From Oikopleura dioica (taxonomy: Eukaryota > Animalia > Chordata), in assembly GCA_907165135.1 (NCBI GenBank), contig OU015568.1, forward strand, positions 12,648,001-12,712,000: DNA of 64,000 nt, read 5' to 3'. Both the position numbers and the translations under genes were made by a program. Shown here one piece after another: positions 61,971 to 64,000 of this stretch. The stretch's first letter is position 1; each line of letters begins with the position of its first letter. The notes beneath the pieces are model-generated. The model was not told the DNA's origin. It made no database searches and was given only the letters and a program-made list of their open reading frames with translations.

Positions 61971-64000
61971 TTACGAGATGTAACTCGAAACTACAAATTT
62001 TTGCATTTTTGAGTCACTAAATAGGTCTCAAGATTTTTCATCGAACATTCACATAAATGTCTTATGAGACCTTTCCTGCAGCTTGCGAGCACGGCACCAG
62101 CAGATTTAATTTCTATACAAGTATGAGTTGAAGGGTTATAAAAGCGAGAATATTCATCGAGTATCCAAGTTTGTGAGGGGACCGCTAATTGACGCCCCTG
62201 CACACGACTTTGACAAGTTTTAAAAACGGGCACTGCGACGCCTGTTACAACTGTGATGCACATTTCATAATCGTCAGATTTCCTAAAAAAGAATATATTT
62301 TCGAAGAGAATGATTTCAAACCTTATGTCCTTGATGTTTGTGTACTCGAAATATTGATTTCCGAGCATACCATGGCAAGGAAAGATCTGGATCTGAGCAT
62401 TGTCTTTTCCAGAACTGTCAAAACACTGTCTGTTATTTGGATTTCGTGCAGTCATCAGTCCTTGAAAAAAATTGAGATTTTTTCTTTTTTTAGTTGAAAA
62501 CCTTGAGCAATGATTTCTCCGGCAAAAATCAAATCGCTGTTCATCGTGTAATCGAGCTCCGGTAGAACGTTTTCCATGTACCAATGAAACGATTTGCATT
62601 GAAGATCTTCTCGAAGTTGAATTCTGGAGGTCAAGTCACCTTGAGAGGTTTATTGAAGAAGAAATCAAGGAGGACTACCTGCATCGATTTTCGCAAGATC
62701 AGGCGACCCCCTTCTGAAGTAAACTTCTTGGAACTCATCGAGCCAGACGTCTGCGACCCGGATCGAATTCCTGATGATCGGAGTCTCTCCTCCAGGATGA
62801 GAATAAGGCGATTTCTCGCGGAAAACATGCCCTCACGTTGGATTTCTCGACTTGTTGAAAATTCTCAGTGTTTAAAAAATAGAATATAGAATGAATCATG
62901 AAACCGTAACTATATGCGAGCAGGGATGAATTTCCAAGCTCCCACCGCACATCCAAATCTACGTGTAAATGGTCAAAGTTAAAAATTCAGGCTACGTGAA
63001 TTTTTTACCCGGAAACTCATTTCCAAATTTTCGCCGCCCCAGATTTTCATCTCTTCGTCATAAGTTCCAAGCCAGTTGAAATACGCTTAGATCAATAATA
63101 ACGTTTCGATTCGCTCAAAATACCTTTATCCATCGTGAATAGACCGCCAGCCATCGTTGGTGATCGAATCGGTCGAGCTTCGTCTTTTAAAAATATTAAT
63201 AAAAAATTGATAAAATTTAGGTACATGCAGACGTATATGGATTTTGAGGACCATATGCTTCCATCCAGTAGAAGACGAGATTCCATCCGAACACTCCTTT
63301 GAAAATGTTGGCAGTTTTCGTCTCAGTAGTACGGAAAGTACCAGCGTCGATCACCTTAGTTCTTCAAATTGGTGTCTTACTAAAGATACCAAACCTCGAT
63401 AACAGGTGTCATCACTCTAGTTGGATCCTCAGCAATTCGTTCCAATAAAGGCTCCGCCCAACCAGGAAAACACTCGCAGTGTGCATCGAGAAAAGTAATC
63501 GTATCGGCTTTTGCCGCTGCTGCCCCAGCAAGACGAGCTTGAATAAGCCCCATTCTTGTTGGCTGCCTGATCACTTTCACGAAGTTTTCTCCCATTTTGC
63601 TGTTTATTTCATTAACAATGTATTGCTCCAGCTTTACTCCTAGCTCAGGTCTTTTGTCGATTTCCGATTTGTCATCGACGAGGATAATTTCGGTTAACAG
63701 GATTTTTGGCGTTGTTCCGAGGATAGAGTAGACCGTTCGCAATAGAGTGCATTCGGCTTCATTGTGAAAAACAATCACAACTGAAGTCGTCGGCAGCGGC
63801 TTCTTCCACCTTTTTGACATGCATTTGCTTGGTCGTTTGTCCGACAAGTGTCTTGTTAGTGCGATTTTGTTGCAAACGAACTCGTTGAAGCCGTGTCGTT
63901 CCCAGCCTTTATCAATTTTGGCCTTGTCTTCGGCAGACGGATTCTCTGGAACATACGCTTTCCCAAACTCACCAGGGTCCGACTTTCTTGGTAGAGGCTT
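61971..64000 (-). CDS. Polypeptide N-acetylgalactosaminyltransferase (5' end outside the window)
   Basis: [41 protein letters not shown]|IWMCGG, ricin domain CHGMLGNQ. Confidence 0.92.

Overview
Gene-dense eukaryotic DNA with very short introns, some of them GA-AG or GG-AG, and co-oriented operon-like gene runs. It carries two copies of the 40-nt spliced-leader exon ACTCATCCCATTTTTGAGTCCGATTTCGATTGTCTAACAG, which points to the larvacean tunicate Oikopleura dioica (species complex). Protein genes: trypsin-like protease, a large cbEGF/C-type-lectin/CBM14 matrix protein, an intronless Wnt, two small HSPs, inversin, a NALF/FAM155-like gene, PHB2, TMEM19, an RRM-Tudor gene, UBL5, eIF4A3, fibrillarin, FAH, a degenerate ABCG-like gene, a CUB protein, CEP83, a TMEM150/DRAM gene, DMRTA, an inactive sPLA2, RIBC (with a sulfotransferase nested in its first intron) and a GalNAc-transferase. 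Non-coding: two 5S rRNAs, two SL-exon loci, one U2 snRNA and several non-autonomous DNA transposons. The most striking structure is a 2.8-kb palindrome (arms 9594-10810 and 11160-12376). Each arm holds HSE/TATA-sHSP-5S-SL in series, and the centre is a MITE remnant. Also notable is a GALNT locus with a duplicated C-terminal exon set that starts at the same splice junction. All calls were made by eye; no database searches were run.
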